Assembly (NCBI RefSeq): GCF_009914755.1
Contig: NC_060926.1
Length of the DNA stretch: 64,000 nt
Source of the DNA: the human T2T-CHM13v2.0 reference genome, Homo sapiens
Reading direction: 5' to 3' (one strand)
The notes under the pieces were generated by a model. That model saw only the letters and a program-made list of their open reading frames with translations. It had not been told where the DNA came from and made no database searches. Below are positions 62,575 to 64,000 of the stretch, in pieces (position 1 is the first letter of the stretch; each line of letters opens with the position of its first letter). The position numbers and the translations under genes were made by a program.

Positions 62575-62855
62575 TTTTTTTGAGATGGGGTCTCCCTACT
62601 AATGTGCGGTGGTGGCGTGATCTCGGCTCACTGCAGCCTGGATCTTCCTGGGCTCAAGCAATTCTCCCACCTCAGCCTCCCAAGTTGCTGGGACTACAGG
62701 TGTGTGCCACCATGCCTGGCTAATTTTTGTATTTTTGTAGAGATGGGGTTTCACCATGTTACCCTGGCTGATCTCAAACTCCTGGGCTCAAGAAATCCTC
62801 CCACTTCTGGCTCCTAAAGTGCTAGGGTTACAGGTGTAAGCCACTGCACCTGGCC
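62575..62855 (-). mobile_element. Alu (AluJ-like)
   Basis: Dimeric Alu. Confidence 0.92.
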
Positions 62856-62879
62856 AGGAAAAGTATTAATATTGGTTTA

Positions 62880-63980
62880 GAAAAACACAAACAGAAATAA
62901 ACAGTGGAAAAGGAAACACAGATATAAATCCCAGAATATATGAGAATTTAAGATATGACAATAAAGAGCTTTCAATTAAAGTCAGAAAAAATTTTTTGAT
63001 AGCTGACACAACTGGCTATCCATCTTATAGACAGATATTCCAGATGAATCAAACACTTAATGATAAATAAAGCAATAAGAATCTTCCAAGAAAATGTAAG
63101 AATGAGGAAACCTTTGTAAAAACTTCAATAAACGCATTAGCTAAAAATGATAACCTATCTAATTACCACATTAGCATACTAAAAGGTTGTGTGGCAAGAT
63201 CATTAAAAGCAAAATCAACAGACCAATGACAGACTAAGAAAAATATTTGAAATTCATGATTATTAAAGGGTTAACATCAATAACATTAGAAAAAACTCTT
63301 AAAATGAAATTTACAAGAAAAAATAAAAAATAACCCAACCTAAAAACAGGAAAGGACAGGGATAGGTTAACAGAAGAGAAATCCAAATACCAAATAAAAT
63401 GTTCAATCTCATTAAGAGTCAAAGAAGAACTATCACTTTAAACCCATGTCCACTCACTAAAATTCAAATAAGTGATACTGGCTATTGCTGCTAGAGATTC
63501 TTGAAGAAAAAGACATGTTACTACACCATTATTAGATATGTCTTTTACATTCTTGAAAAACAACATGACTAGTTACATACTCTCCATTCCAAATATGTTA
63601 TTCCTGGAATACTTCTTAGGTGTTAAAAAAAAAAAAATTCATAATTGGGAGGGGATCCAACATGTAAATTGAATTTCCATTAATAAGTGAATGGTTTAAT
63701 GTGTCTCTATGGCAAAGAATACTTTATAAAGTCATTTAAAAAATTACATCTACATTAAGGAACTTACACAGATTTTCACAATAAAGTTTTAAACAAGAAA
63801 AAGTGTATTTAACAAGTAACTTAAGCATATGTAATGTGAACCAATTATGTAAAATGTGTATGTATTTGTCTATGCTTAAGTAACATGCAAAAAGATCTTC
63901 AGATAAGATATTAATGGTGGTTCCCTCATGGTCAAAAAATTAAGGATGAATTTTACTTTCTTTTTAACTTATGTCTGCTT
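62880..63980 (+). mobile_element. Degraded L1ME-like fragment
   Basis: acaactggctatccat...gggttaacatc...aaaatgttcaatctcatt; boundaries approximate. Confidence 0.55.
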
Positions 63981-64000
63981 TGTTTTCCTCCCAATGAGCC

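Overview
Human-type (primate, Alu-rich) genomic DNA with two convergent genes. On the + strand is the 3' half of the formin gene FMNL2: 10 FH2/WH2/DAD exons, a cluster of alternative C-terminal exons, and a ~1.9 kb 3'UTR with AATAAA at 24369. On the - strand is the 3' ~85% of the U1-associated splicing factor PRPF40A (FBP11/HYPA): 21 exons encoding 2 WW domains, a poly-Ala tract, FF repeats and a K/R/S-rich tail, with a long 3'UTR to ~26295. I rebuilt the exon chains by hand and they keep phase. The introns carry ~22 Alu/FLAM copies, MIR, L2, L1M, MER and MLT elements and a near full-length Hsmar1 mariner. Main points of interest: (1) an FMNL2 C-terminal 'switchboard' with three recognisable tails, candidate extra tails and a possible recursive AG|GT site; (2) two certain and one likely GC-AG donor in FMNL2; (3) a candidate 20-nt poison microexon in PRPF40A; (4) a palindromic bidirectional poly(A) signal between the genes; (5) a nearly spacer-less inverted Alu pair. 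No prokaryotic or CRISPR-like system is present. Gene and repeat-family names come from recall, not from database searches.
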